A DNA stretch of 32,000 nt from Candidatus Iainarchaeum sp. GTDB taxonomy: Archaea > Iainarchaeota > Iainarchaeia > Iainarchaeales > CSSED10-239. The translations under genes were made by a program, and so were the position numbers. Positions 1-8,997 of the stretch are shown here, in pieces; the stretch's first letter is position 1, and every line of letters starts with the position of its first letter. The DNA is taken from contig JBBISB010000001.1 of NCBI GenBank assembly GCA_037441475.1, positions 36,418 to 68,417 of the forward strand. The letters are read 5' to 3'. The notes under the pieces are model-generated. The model did no database searches and had not been told where the DNA came from. It saw only the letters and a list, made by a program, of their open reading frames with translations.

Positions 1-1
1 T

Positions 2-235
2 TCTTGTGGTTTAAACCAAACCTTTGAAGGTAAGCCCTTTCCTTTTAAAGATAAAAAAGATCATATTGGAACATTAATGGCACTTTCAGATTATTTAGTA
101 CACCTAGATGCTGTTTGTAATAACTGCGGAGAGGCTGCAACAAAAACCTATAGGTTAGGGGACTCTAAAGAGACTGTTATCTTAGGTGGTACTGAAAAAT
201 ATCAAGCAAGATGTACAAAATGCTTTAAAAAATAA
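2..235 (+). CDS. tdk: Thymidine kinase, C-terminal part (truncated by window start)
   Basis: Frame 2 reads SCGLNQTFEGKPFPFKDKKDHIGTLMALSDYLVHLDAVCNNCGEAATKTYRLGDSKETVILGGTEKYQARCTKCFKK*. CGL..F.G.PFP, AVC..CG and the GG.E.Y..RC..C zinc-finger pattern are typical of the TK C-terminus. Confidence 0.88.
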   Translation, partial: SCGLNQTFEGKPFPFKDKKDHIGTLMALSDYLVHLDAVCNNCGEAATKTYRLGDSKETVILGGTEKYQARCTKCFKK

Positions 236-307
236 ACCCCTCTAATAAAAGAAACAACAAAGGTTTATATTCTTTATCTACTATTAATATTTACAAATTA
301 TATAAAT

Positions 308-703
308 GTGATGATTACTATGGAAGACTATATTCAATTTACTTCAAATTTAAAAGATTTTAAAAAAGATACAAAAATTGTTTTAACACCTAAGACCAGT
401 GATTTAGATGTTTTAAAATATTATTTATCTATTCAAGGGCCAATAAATAAAGAAGTTACTTTACTTTTAGAAAAAGCAATTAATGTTAAGAAATTAGAAA
501 AAGATAATCTAAGTCTTTTTACTTTAAATGAAACTGATTTTTTAAAAGAATTAAACTCAAAGGTTATGAAAAAGAAAATAAATGAAATTTTAGAAGATTA
601 TAAAAAAGATCAAAAAAAAGCTTTATATAGTTCTTGTAAAGTTTATCTTTTAGAAAAGTATTTTTCAAAAAAAGAAGTCTTTCCTTCAATGCATAAAATG
701 TGA
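308..703 (+). CDS. Hypothetical protein, paralogous to the next ORF
   Basis: Open frame of 131 aa; aligns along most of its length with ORF 710..1147 (xxDVLxxxxSxxxxxNxxxxxLLEKxxxxxxx ... LFT.....F.KE.NS...K). Start may be the internal ATG (MEDYIQF). Confidence 0.6.
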   Translation: MMITMEDYIQFTSNLKDFKKDTKIVLTPKTSDLDVLKYYLSIQGPINKEVTLLLEKAINVKKLEKDNLSLFTLNETDFLKELNSKVMKKKINEILEDYKKDQKKALYSSCKVYLLEKYFSKKEVFPSMHKM

Positions 704-709
704 ATAGTT

Positions 710-1147
710 ATGGATGAAACAATTAATTTTATATCAAGTACAAAAGAGTACAAGGCTGTTAAAAAAATGAAAGTTATTCCTGGTGTTAAGGAAATGGATG
801 TTTTAGAGTTTTTAGTGTCTGTAGAAGTTACTACAAACTTACAGATAAATAGACTTCTTGAAAAAATGGTTGATATCACAAGCTTTAATTTAGAGGTTTC
901 TAAGTTATTTACAAAAGATGCAACTTCTTTTATAAAAGAGATTAATTCATCTGCTTTTGCAAAAAACATTGAAAAGACTATTAATGATACTTATAAACAA
1001 AATAAAGAACTTTTGGATGTTTTAAAGTCCTATTCTTTAAATAAATACTTATTACATAACAAGATTATGGAAGAAGATGCTGTTGGTTATTACAAAATAT
1101 TGTTTCCTGCAAGAAAGAAGCAACTAAAGAAGGCTATCTTAAAATAG
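710..1147 (+). CDS. Hypothetical protein, paralogous to the previous ORF
   Basis: Open frame of 145 aa, ATG start, 6 nt after the previous stop. Confidence 0.65.
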   Translation: MDETINFISSTKEYKAVKKMKVIPGVKEMDVLEFLVSVEVTTNLQINRLLEKMVDITSFNLEVSKLFTKDATSFIKEINSSAFAKNIEKTINDTYKQNKELLDVLKSYSLNKYLLHNKIMEEDAVGYYKILFPARKKQLKKAILK

Positions 1148-1191
1148 TTTTGTTTAAATATGTTTTGCTAATATATTACATAGTAAGTAGG

Positions 1192-1320
1192 CCCCCCTTA
1201 GCATAGCGGTCTAGTGCGTCCGGCTGTAGACATTTTAGATTTATACTAAAATTAAAGAGATTTATTTCTCTTTTAATGGCGGTAACCGGAAGATCCCCAG
1301 TTCAAATCTGGGAGGGGGGA
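1192..1320 (+). tRNA. tRNA-Tyr (anticodon GUA) with 55-nt intron at 37/38 (intron 1230..1284)
   Basis: Acceptor CCCCCCU (1192-1198) pairs AGGGGGG (1313-1319), discriminator A1320. D-stem GCAU/GUGC, anticodon stem UCCGG/CCGGA, anticodon GUA 1226-1228, T-arm CCCAG-UUCAAAU-CUGGG. C1-G72 is the archaeal tRNA-Tyr identity pair. BHB: helix CUGU/GCGG, bulges AG^A and UA^A, intron helix CAUU/AAUG. Confidence 0.96.
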
Positions 1321-1423
1321 TATTTTTCCTTATTCTTTTAAAACAAATATTTATAAATCCTTTAAGTGTATATACTAATATATTTATACATATTTGTATT
1401 TTTATTGAATTTAATGTGATAAA

Positions 1424-1990
1424 ATGAAAGTATATATTATACATGGATGGGGAGCAAACCCTAAATCAGATTGGTTTCCTTATTTAAAAGAAAAATTAAA
1501 AGAAAGAGGTTATTTAGTATTAGTTCCAATAATGTCTGACACAGATAATCCTAAGATTAAACCCTGGGTTTCTAAATTAGAATCCTTAAAGGTTACAGAA
1601 AAAACAATATTTGTTGGACACTCTGTGGGCTGTCAAACTATCTTAAGGTTTTTAGAAAAATATAATGGAAAAGTAGGCAAAGTAATTTTAGTTGCTACTT
1701 GGATGACTATTAATAAAAATAATTTAGATGAAAATGAAGAGTGGTCAATTGCAAAACCATGGGCTGAGACTTTAATTGATTTTAAAAAAGTTAAAGATAA
1801 AGCTAAAGAGTTTATTGTGATTTATTCGCAAGACGATCTTTATGCAATTTTAAAAGATATTAAAAAATTAATAAAAACATTAAATGCAAAAGAAGTAAAT
1901 GTTGGAAAAAAAGGACATCTCTGCACTGGTGATGGAGTCACTACTCTTCCTGAAGCTTTAAAATTTTTTAAAAAAATAAAAAAAGAATGA
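1424..1990 (+). CDS. Small alpha/beta hydrolase, RBBP9/YdeN-like
   Basis: [21 protein letters not shown], nucleophile elbow VGHSVG, late GKKGHL (His) motif. Confidence 0.8.
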   Translation: MKVYIIHGWGANPKSDWFPYLKEKLKERGYLVLVPIMSDTDNPKIKPWVSKLESLKVTEKTIFVGHSVGCQTILRFLEKYNGKVGKVILVATWMTINKNNLDENEEWSIAKPWAETLIDFKKVKDKAKEFIVIYSQDDLYAILKDIKKLIKTLNAKEVNVGKKGHLCTGDGVTTLPEALKFFKKIKKE

Positions 1991-1997
1991 AATAATT

Positions 1998-2411
1998 ATG
2001 AAAAGCCATACAAAATATCTATTGTTTAAAACAAAAAAAAGAATGGAGTTTATAAACATCACAGAAGAGGTTAAAGAAGCTATTGAAGACTCTAAAGTTA
2101 AAGAGGGTTTATGTCATGTAAACGCTATGCACATAACCTCTGGTGTATATATTAATGATGCAGAGAATGGACTTATTGAAGATATACAAGAATGGCTTGA
2201 AAGACTTGCACCGTCAGGTAAAGATTATAAACATCATTTGACAGGGGAAGATAACGGAGATGCTCATCTAAAAAGAATGATTATTGGTCATGAAGTAACA
2301 ATTCCAATAACCAATGGAAAAGCAGACTTTGGTCCTTGGGAAGAAGTTTATTATGCTGAGTTTGATGGTAAGAGAGATAAAAGGGTTATTATTAAAATTA
2401 TTGGAGAATAG
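1998..2411 (+). CDS. YjbQ / UPF0047 family protein (secondary thiamine-phosphate synthase annotation)
   Basis: [68 protein letters not shown] are family signatures. Confidence 0.9.
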   Translation: MKSHTKYLLFKTKKRMEFINITEEVKEAIEDSKVKEGLCHVNAMHITSGVYINDAENGLIEDIQEWLERLAPSGKDYKHHLTGEDNGDAHLKRMIIGHEVTIPITNGKADFGPWEEVYYAEFDGKRDKRVIIKIIGE

Positions 2412-2508
2412 TTTTTTTTAAAAAATAAAAAACTAAAAAAGGAAGGGATTATTTATTGATTTTAAAAATGTTTTAAAAAAGCATAAATTAATTATTTTTC
2501 TTTTAATA

Positions 2509-3429
2509 GTGATAATGGTAGGGATATACTCTGTAATCTCTTCACAGATATATTATTATGGTCTTTTAGATAAAACAAATTTTGTTATTTATAATGATGT
2601 TGCTTATGTTTCAACTGAAGAAAAATTAGATTATAATATAAAGTATAACTCCTTAGATATCTATGTTCCTAGAGATCAGCCTGTTGATCAAAAAATGCCA
2701 GTCATTATATTCGTTCATGGAGGAGCATGGACTGAAGTTTTTGGAAATAAAAGTAAATTTGCAAACTTTCTTTTAAAGGCTATACATTTTACAGACAATA
2801 ATTTTATTTTTATAACCATTAACTACAGAGTTTACCCAGATTATAAATTTCCTGTGCATGTTCAAGATGTTTCAAAATCAATTAGATGGGTTTATGATAA
2901 TATTGAAGACTATAATGGTAATAAGGAGTTAATTTTTTTGCAAGGACACTCAGCTGGTGCACAGTTAGTGTCTTTAGTCTCAACTGATGAAACATATCTA
3001 AAAGAGCAATCTTTAGATCTTTCTGTTATTAAAGGATCTATACTTCTTGAAGGTGTTGGGTACGATGTTTTAAGATCAAGAGAGTTTGATTTTGATAGTC
3101 AGATAATAAATAGATATTTAATATTTCCATTTGGTGAAGATGAAAACATTATTAAAAAAGCATCCTCTATAAACCATATAACAAAGGAAAAAAATATTCC
3201 TCCAATGATTATTTTTACTGCAGAAAATACTGTTTTAAGAATAGCTAAGATAGAGGCCTTAGATTTTTATTTAAAATTAATAGATAATGACAAGTATGCA
3301 GAATATTATATTGTCCCTTTTAGAAACCACTCTACCTTAAATAGGTATTTTGGGGAAGAAGATGATTTTACAACTAACAAATCAATAGCTTTTTTAAATG
3401 GTATAATCAATAATAGAATAAGAAGATAA
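2509..3429 (+). CDS. Membrane-anchored alpha/beta hydrolase (esterase/lipase-like)
   Basis: N-terminal hydrophobic segment; VIIFVHGGAW oxyanion motif; GHSAGAQ nucleophile elbow; FRNHSTL catalytic His region. The frame is open further upstream, so the true start may be earlier. Confidence 0.82.
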   Translation: MIMVGIYSVISSQIYYYGLLDKTNFVIYNDVAYVSTEEKLDYNIKYNSLDIYVPRDQPVDQKMPVIIFVHGGAWTEVFGNKSKFANFLLKAIHFTDNNFIFITINYRVYPDYKFPVHVQDVSKSIRWVYDNIEDYNGNKELIFLQGHSAGAQLVSLVSTDETYLKEQSLDLSVIKGSILLEGVGYDVLRSREFDFDSQIINRYLIFPFGEDENIIKKASSINHITKEKNIPPMIIFTAENTVLRIAKIEALDFYLKLIDNDKYAEYYIVPFRNHSTLNRYFGEEDDFTTNKSIAFLNGIINNRIRR

Positions 3430-3526
3430 ATAAAAAAAGATAGATTTAATAAATAATAGAAACTTAATAAATAGTAAAAATAATTATATAAATAAAAAAT
3501 ATTTTAAAAAAAAAGAAAGAAAAGAT

Positions 3527-4576
3527 ATGTCCTCAAAAAAGAAAATTGGGCTTCCAGCAGGATCATTAGTATACACTGGTGATAAATCTCAAGATCTAAA
3601 GATTGAAGTTATTGAATACTCTACAGATCTTTATTCTCAAAAAGAAATGAGTTTAGATGACTTTTTAAAATTTCAAAAGAAAAAAGACTCAAAAATATGG
3701 GTAAATGTTATTGGTATTAATAATTCTTTAGCTATTTAAAAGATTGGTGAAAAGTACTCTATTAACTCCTTAGTTTTAGAAGATATTTTAAATATTAACC
3801 AAAGACCTAAGATAGATGATTTTCAAGATTATTTTTTCACAGTCTTTAGATCCTTTACTTTTAATGAAACTGAAAAAAAGATTAATGTTGAACAAATAAG
3901 TTTAGTTGTCTTTAAAGATATTTTATTTAACTTTCAAGAAAAAGAAACAGCTATCTTTAATCCATTAAAAACAAGATTAAGTAATGGTTCTTTTTCAAAA
4001 ATAAAAAATCATTATTCTGATTTTTTAGCATACGCTATTATTGATGTTGTTGTTGATAATTACTTTTTAGCCTTAGATGATCTTAATCGTCATGTAGATG
4101 ATGTTTATGAGGTTATCTTAGATAAACCAAGCTCTTCAAATGTCTCTGAGATTAATAAACTTAAAAAAGACTTAATTCTTTTAAGAAAATCAGTATGGCC
4201 ATTAAGAGAAAACATAAATAAGGTTTTAAAAGAAGAAATAAAACTTGTCTCTAAATCAACATTAATCTATTATAGAGATATTTATGATCACATTATACAC
4301 ACTATTGATATGATTGAAACAACAAGAGATATTGTTTCAAGCCTAATGGATATTTATCTTTCAACTATTAGTAACAGAATGAATGAGATTATGAAGGTTT
4401 TAACCATCTTTTCTACAATCTTTATACCCCTAACCTTCATTGTTGGACTTTATGGTATGAATTTTATTTATCTTCCTGAGTTTCAATGGAAGTATGGATA
4501 TCTTTTTGTATGGGTTATTATCTTAACTGTTGCAGGTTCTATGCTTTTGTTTTTTAGAAAAAGAAAATGGATTTAA
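3527..4576 (+). CDS. corA: CorA-family Mg2+/Co2+ transporter interrupted by one in-frame TAA (3737-3739)
   Basis: ORFs 3527..3739 and 4310..4576 are in the same frame, and the sequence between is open and CorA-like (SLVLEDILNINQRPKIDDFQDYFFTVFR ... KSVWPLRENINK ... YDHIIHTIDMIETTRDIVSSLMDIY ... YGMNF). One TAA interrupts an otherwise 350-codon frame. Confidence 0.9.
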
Positions 4577-4739
4577 TTTTATTAAAAATTAATCTTCTTT
4601 TTTAAAAAAAGTAATTAACCCTAAACTCAAAAGCTTCTAAGTCTAAAATACATACATAACAAAATAAACAGGTATTTAAACTTAACTTGACTATAATTAT
4701 TTAACTAAATATAATTATATTTATGGATGGTGTTTAAAG

Positions 4740-7172
4740 ATGGCTATAGATTTAAAAAAATTAACTAAAAAAGAAGTTGAAGAATATTTAATAAAACAAA
4801 TAAACTCTCCTTCAAGATATATTATCTCCCCAATAACTGTTTCTGTTCTTTCAAAATTCAATATCAATAGATTTGATTTTGCAAAGAAATTAAAAGAAGT
4901 TAAAGCAAACTACACTGTTTTACAAGGTCTAGGTTTTAAAGCAAGAACTTTAGAAAAAGCAGGCTTTACTGTTAAGGAATTAAAAGAAGTTGGTTTTAGT
5001 TCAGTTAATCTTAGAAACTTAGACTTTACTGCAAAAGAACTTTATTCTGTTGGTTATACAGTAAAGGACTTACAAGTTGCAAACTATGCTTTAAAGGACT
5101 TAAAAGAAATTGGTATTAACTTAAAGGACTTAAAGTCAGTTGGGTATACTGCAAAAGATTTAAAAAAAGTAAACTTTACTGCAAGACAACTTTTAGAAGT
5201 TGGCTTTACTGTTAAGGACTTAAAGAGAGCTGGATTTAATGCTTCTCAACTTAAGAATATTTCTCTTACAGCAAAAGAACTTTATCAAGGAACATACACA
5301 ATAGCTGAACTTAAGAAAGCTAAATACAGTATTGATGATTTAAGAAAAGCTGGTTTTACTGATAAAGAGATTGGTATTAAGATAAAAGAAGAGAAGGTTA
5401 AACCTCTTAAAAAATTATCAACAGCTGTTAAAGCTAAAGTTTCAAAAATTAAAGAAGCTAAAAAAGAAAAAGCTAAGCAAAAAATAAAAAAGAAAGAAGA
5501 AGCTAAAAAAGAAGAAGTTGTTAAAATAGTTATTAATAATGAAACTTTAAAAAAAATGACAGCTAAAGAACTTTTCTCTTACGGTGTTACTGCAACTGTT
5601 TTAAAAGAAAATAAATTTACTGCAAAGGTTTTAAAGTCATTAGGCTTTAATGCAAAGGACCTTTACTATCTTCATTTTACAGCAAAAGATTTACATGAAG
5701 CAAACTTTTCTTTAAAAGACTTAAAGAATGCTGGTGTTGGAACAAAAGACCTTAAAGGCTTAGGCTATAAACCAGTTGACTTAAAAAAAGTAAAGTTTGA
5801 TAAACATACAATTCTTTTTGCAGAGTTTGATGCAAAGGATTTAAGAGAAGCTAAATTTTCTTCTAAAAAATTAAAAGAATATGCATATTCTGCAAAGGAC
5901 CTAAAGAATGCAGGTTATTCCTTAAAGGACTTAGTTTCTGCAAACTATAAATTAAAAGAAATCTTAGATTGTGGTTTTACATTTAAAGAACTTTCAAAGA
6001 TATTTACTTTAAAACAACTTTTAAACAAAGGTTACACTTTAAAAGAGATTAGAGAAGTGTATACTCTTGAAGAAATAATTGAAAACAACTTCACTATTAA
6101 AGAACTTTTAGATGTTGGCTTTACATATAAAGAACTTTTAAAAGAAATACCTTTAAAGAGATTTAAGAAAGAAGGAATCTCTCCAAAGCCATTGTATGAA
6201 AATGGAAAAACTATTGAAGAACTTAAAGAAGCTGGTTATGAGTTTTCAGAACTTGTATCTTTACAAAAGATAGAATCTGTTCTTCTTTCTGAAGATAAGG
6301 TTGTTTCTTTAGATGAACTTAAGTATTTAAAATACACAATACCTGAACTTTTTAAACTTGGGTATACTGTTAGAGACTTAAGAGAAGCTGGTTATCAAGC
6401 AATTGAGCTTAAGAACGCAGGTTGTACTTGTTATGATTTATTAACAGGTGGTTTTTCTTTAAGAGAAGTACATATGCTTGGTTGTACAATTAAAGACTTT
6501 TTAGCTAATGGTTATAACTTAGTTGACTTAAGACTTGCAGGCTTTACTGCTCTTGAACTTCATTTAGAGGGATACTCTTTAATTGAACTTAGACATTCTG
6601 GTTTTTCAGCAAGAGAACTTTTAAGTATTGGGTATACAGCAAAACAATATCATGCAGCTGGGTATACTGCAAAAGAACTTTATGATGCTGGTTTTGATGT
6701 TTCAACCATTAGGTTTGCAGGGTATAAGGCAAAGGAACTTTATGGTTTAGGAGTTCCAATCTCTGAGTTTTATAATGCTGGGTATACTGCAAAGGAAATG
6801 ACTCAAGCAGGATATCATCCAAAGGACTTAAAACCATTCTATTCAGCTAAGCTTTTAAAAATGGCTGGTTGTGATGCTTCTTCTATGAAGGAAGGCGGTT
6901 TTTCAGCAAAGGAACTTTATGATGCTGGGTATACTGCAAGACAACTTCATTATGCTGGTTATCCTGCAAAAGATGTTTTTGACTTAGGTGTTGGTATAAG
7001 GCTTATGAAGGTTATACACTATAGTGCTAAGGAACTTAAGGGTTTAAACTTTTCTGCAAGAGAGCTTAGAAATGTAGGTTATTCTTTAGAGGAACTTAAG
7101 CTTGCTGGTTATTCAGAAGCTGAGCTTTTGGATGCTGGTTTTTCAATGTCAAAGATAAGGGATACTCTTTAA
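4740..7172 (+). CDS. Decapeptide-repeat protein (two repeat arrays separated by a Lys/Glu-rich linker)
   Basis: 810-aa ORF; tandem 10-residue units such as FTAKELYSVG YTVKDLQVAN, GYTAKELYDAG; linker about KIKEEKVKPLKK...KKEEAKKEEVVK. SD-like GGTG upstream of the ATG. Confidence 0.9.
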   Translation: MAIDLKKLTKKEVEEYLIKQINSPSRYIISPITVSVLSKFNINRFDFAKKLKEVKANYTVLQGLGFKARTLEKAGFTVKELKEVGFSSVNLRNLDFTAKELYSVGYTVKDLQVANYALKDLKEIGINLKDLKSVGYTAKDLKKVNFTARQLLEVGFTVKDLKRAGFNASQLKNISLTAKELYQGTYTIAELKKAKYSIDDLRKAGFTDKEIGIKIKEEKVKPLKKLSTAVKAKVSKIKEAKKEKAKQKIKKKEEAKKEEVVKIVINNETLKKMTAKELFSYGVTATVLKENKFTAKVLKSLGFNAKDLYYLHFTAKDLHEANFSLKDLKNAGVGTKDLKGLGYKPVDLKKVKFDKHTILFAEFDAKDLREAKFSSKKLKEYAYSAKDLKNAGYSLKDLVSANYKLKEILDCGFTFKELSKIFTLKQLLNKGYTLKEIREVYTLEEIIENNFTIKELLDVGFTYKELLKEIPLKRFKKEGISPKPLYENGKTIEELKEAGYEFSELVSLQKIESVLLSEDKVVSLDELKYLKYTIPELFKLGYTVRDLREAGYQAIELKNAGCTCYDLLTGGFSLREVHMLGCTIKDFLANGYNLVDLRLAGFTALELHLEGYSLIELRHSGFSARELLSIGYTAKQYHAAGYTAKELYDAGFDVSTIRFAGYKAKELYGLGVPISEFYNAGYTAKEMTQAGYHPKDLKPFYSAKLLKMAGCDASSMKEGGFSAKELYDAGYTARQLHYAGYPAKDVFDLGVGIRLMKVIHYSAKELKGLNFSARELRNVGYSLEELKLAGYSEAELLDAGFSMSKIRDTL

Positions 7173-7314
7173 GTTTTTTAAAGAGTTTTCTTTTTTTTCT
7201 ATTTTTTAAATTTCTATTTTTTTTATATATTATTTACAATATATTTATTAATTAATCTATAGTATATATTAATATATATTTTTAAAAAAAGTCTTTTGTA
7301 GAGGTGTTTTGGTT

Positions 7315-7713
7315 ATGAATGCAGGTGAAGAGTATAAATGTTCTGTTTGTGGAAATATTGTTGAAGTTAAGGAAGTTGGAGGAGGTACTTTAGTTTGTTG
7401 TGGCAAGAACATGAATCTTTTATCCTTACAAGAAACACAAAGTGCTGATGATCTTGAAAAAATGCATATGCCTTCAATTGAGATTAAGGGAGAAAAGGAG
7501 ATATTTGTAAGAGTTGGTGAGCCTTTACATCCAATGTCACAAGAGCATTATATCAAATGGATAGAGATATCAGTTGATGGATCTTTATATGTTAAGAGTC
7601 TTAACTATTGGGATAAACCAGAAGCTCTTTTTAAGGTTCCTGTTGGAAGAAAAGTAGCTGTAAGGGCTATGTGTAATCTTCATAATGTTTATAAGAGAGT
7701 CTATAATTTATAG
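7315..7713 (+). CDS. dfx: Desulfoferrodoxin / superoxide reductase with N-terminal desulforedoxin domain
   Basis: YKCSVCGNIVEVKEVGGGTLVCCGKNM (Cys4 site), EKMHMP, HPMSQEHYIKWIEI, CNLH ligand motifs. Track start 7309 is TTG; the ATG at 7315 follows the GAGGTG SD (7301-7306) at proper spacing. Confidence 0.93.
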   Translation: MNAGEEYKCSVCGNIVEVKEVGGGTLVCCGKNMNLLSLQETQSADDLEKMHMPSIEIKGEKEIFVRVGEPLHPMSQEHYIKWIEISVDGSLYVKSLNYWDKPEALFKVPVGRKVAVRAMCNLHNVYKRVYNL

Positions 7714-7885
7714 ATTCTTTCTTTTTGTTTTTTTTAATGCTTAATTAGCATTAACTTTTCTTTTTAAATGTTTCTATATATATTATATATAGATTTAATA
7801 TATGTTTTTTAAAATATGTTATATATGGGAAATAAAATCTATTTTTTTATAAAAAATTAATTTTTTAAAAAAAATATTTGGTGGT

Positions 7886-8959
7886 ATGAATATGAAAAAA
7901 GATATTAAAAAATCTTCATCTGCACATGCACAGAAGGAAGAACATCATGAACATAAAGTTCATTCTTCTAAAAGTAAAGCATGTTCAATGAAGAATAGTT
8001 TTTGGCAAATTACTTCTTTTGTTTTATTAATATTACTTGTAGTTGCAGCTGTTTTTGCATTTACTGGAAATAGTAAAGTAAAAGATGTATCTTGTGATAG
8101 TAATGTTGGAGAAGAGACTAGAAGCTTCTTAATTAGTGCATTTCAACTTCCTTCACTTGATTTAAAGACAACTGTTACTTCAAACAATATGTGTTTACAT
8201 ACTTTCAGTATTGAAGGACAAGATATAGAAATATACACTTCATTTGATGGTGAGGTTGTTTTTGTTCCTGGTCTTGAACCAATCAATAAAAGCACATTTG
8301 ATTCTGGAGTTTCCCAAGAGCCAGTAGCAAAGGAGTTACAAAAAACAGAAAAACCAGTTGTTGAGTTATTTGTAATGTCTCACTGTCCATACGGTACTCA
8401 AGTTGAGAAAGGTATCTTACCTGCAGTTGATGCTTTAGGAGACTCTATTGACTTTGAAATTAAGTTTGTAAATTATATAATGCACGATATTGTAGAAGTC
8501 GAAGAACAATTACTTCAGTACTGTATACAAGAAAGCTCTAAAGAAGTTTACAAAGAATATCTTTATTGTTTCTTAGAAGATGGAAATACTGATAGATGTC
8601 TTGAGAAAACAGGCGTTACAAGAGATTCATTAAGTACATGTATTTCAGAGACTGATCAAACATACAATATTATGGGATCATACTTAGATAAATCATCATG
8701 GCTTAGTGGAGTGTACCCTAAGTTTTTAATACATGATCAAGAGAATATCAAGTATGGGGTAAGAGGTTCACCTACTCTTGTTGTTAATGGAACTGTTGTT
8801 AATGCCTCAAGAGACTCTCAAAGTCTTTTAAATGCAATTTGTAATGGTTTTGAAACAGTACCAAGAGCATGTAATGAAGCTTTAAGCACAGCATCTCCAA
8901 CACCAGGATTTGGTTTTTCTGGCACAAGTGCAACAACTACAAATGCAACATGCGGATAG
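7886..8959 (+). CDS. Membrane-anchored extracytoplasmic thioredoxin-fold (DsbA-like) protein
   Basis: N-terminal TM (SFWQITSFVLLILLVVAAVFAF), VELFVMSHCPYGTQVEKGILPAV, VRGSPTLVVNG (cis-Pro loop). The second ATG (7892) has better SD spacing from GGTGG. Confidence 0.78.
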   Translation: MNMKKDIKKSSSAHAQKEEHHEHKVHSSKSKACSMKNSFWQITSFVLLILLVVAAVFAFTGNSKVKDVSCDSNVGEETRSFLISAFQLPSLDLKTTVTSNNMCLHTFSIEGQDIEIYTSFDGEVVFVPGLEPINKSTFDSGVSQEPVAKELQKTEKPVVELFVMSHCPYGTQVEKGILPAVDALGDSIDFEIKFVNYIMHDIVEVEEQLLQYCIQESSKEVYKEYLYCFLEDGNTDRCLEKTGVTRDSLSTCISETDQTYNIMGSYLDKSSWLSGVYPKFLIHDQENIKYGVRGSPTLVVNGTVVNASRDSQSLLNAICNGFETVPRACNEALSTASPTPGFGFSGTSATTTNATCG

Positions 8960-8997
8960 TGAATAATTTTTAAATAAAAATGTATAAAAGATAAAAT

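Noticed and set aside
643-969. 108-aa minus-strand ORF overlapping the two paralogs
   Set aside because: Antisense to two mutually similar plus-strand ORFs; the plus-strand paralogy supports those frames instead.
1262-1444. 60-aa minus-strand ORF ending PPPRFELGIFRLPPLKEK
   Set aside because: This is antisense translation of the tRNA T-arm/anticodon arm, a well-known spurious peptide; the tRNA-Tyr explains the sequence.
4740-7172. CRISPR-like array or ankyrin-repeat protein
   Set aside because: The 30-bp periodicity is codon-level repetition of a 10-aa protein unit, with no spacers. The unit is too short for 33-aa ankyrin repeats.
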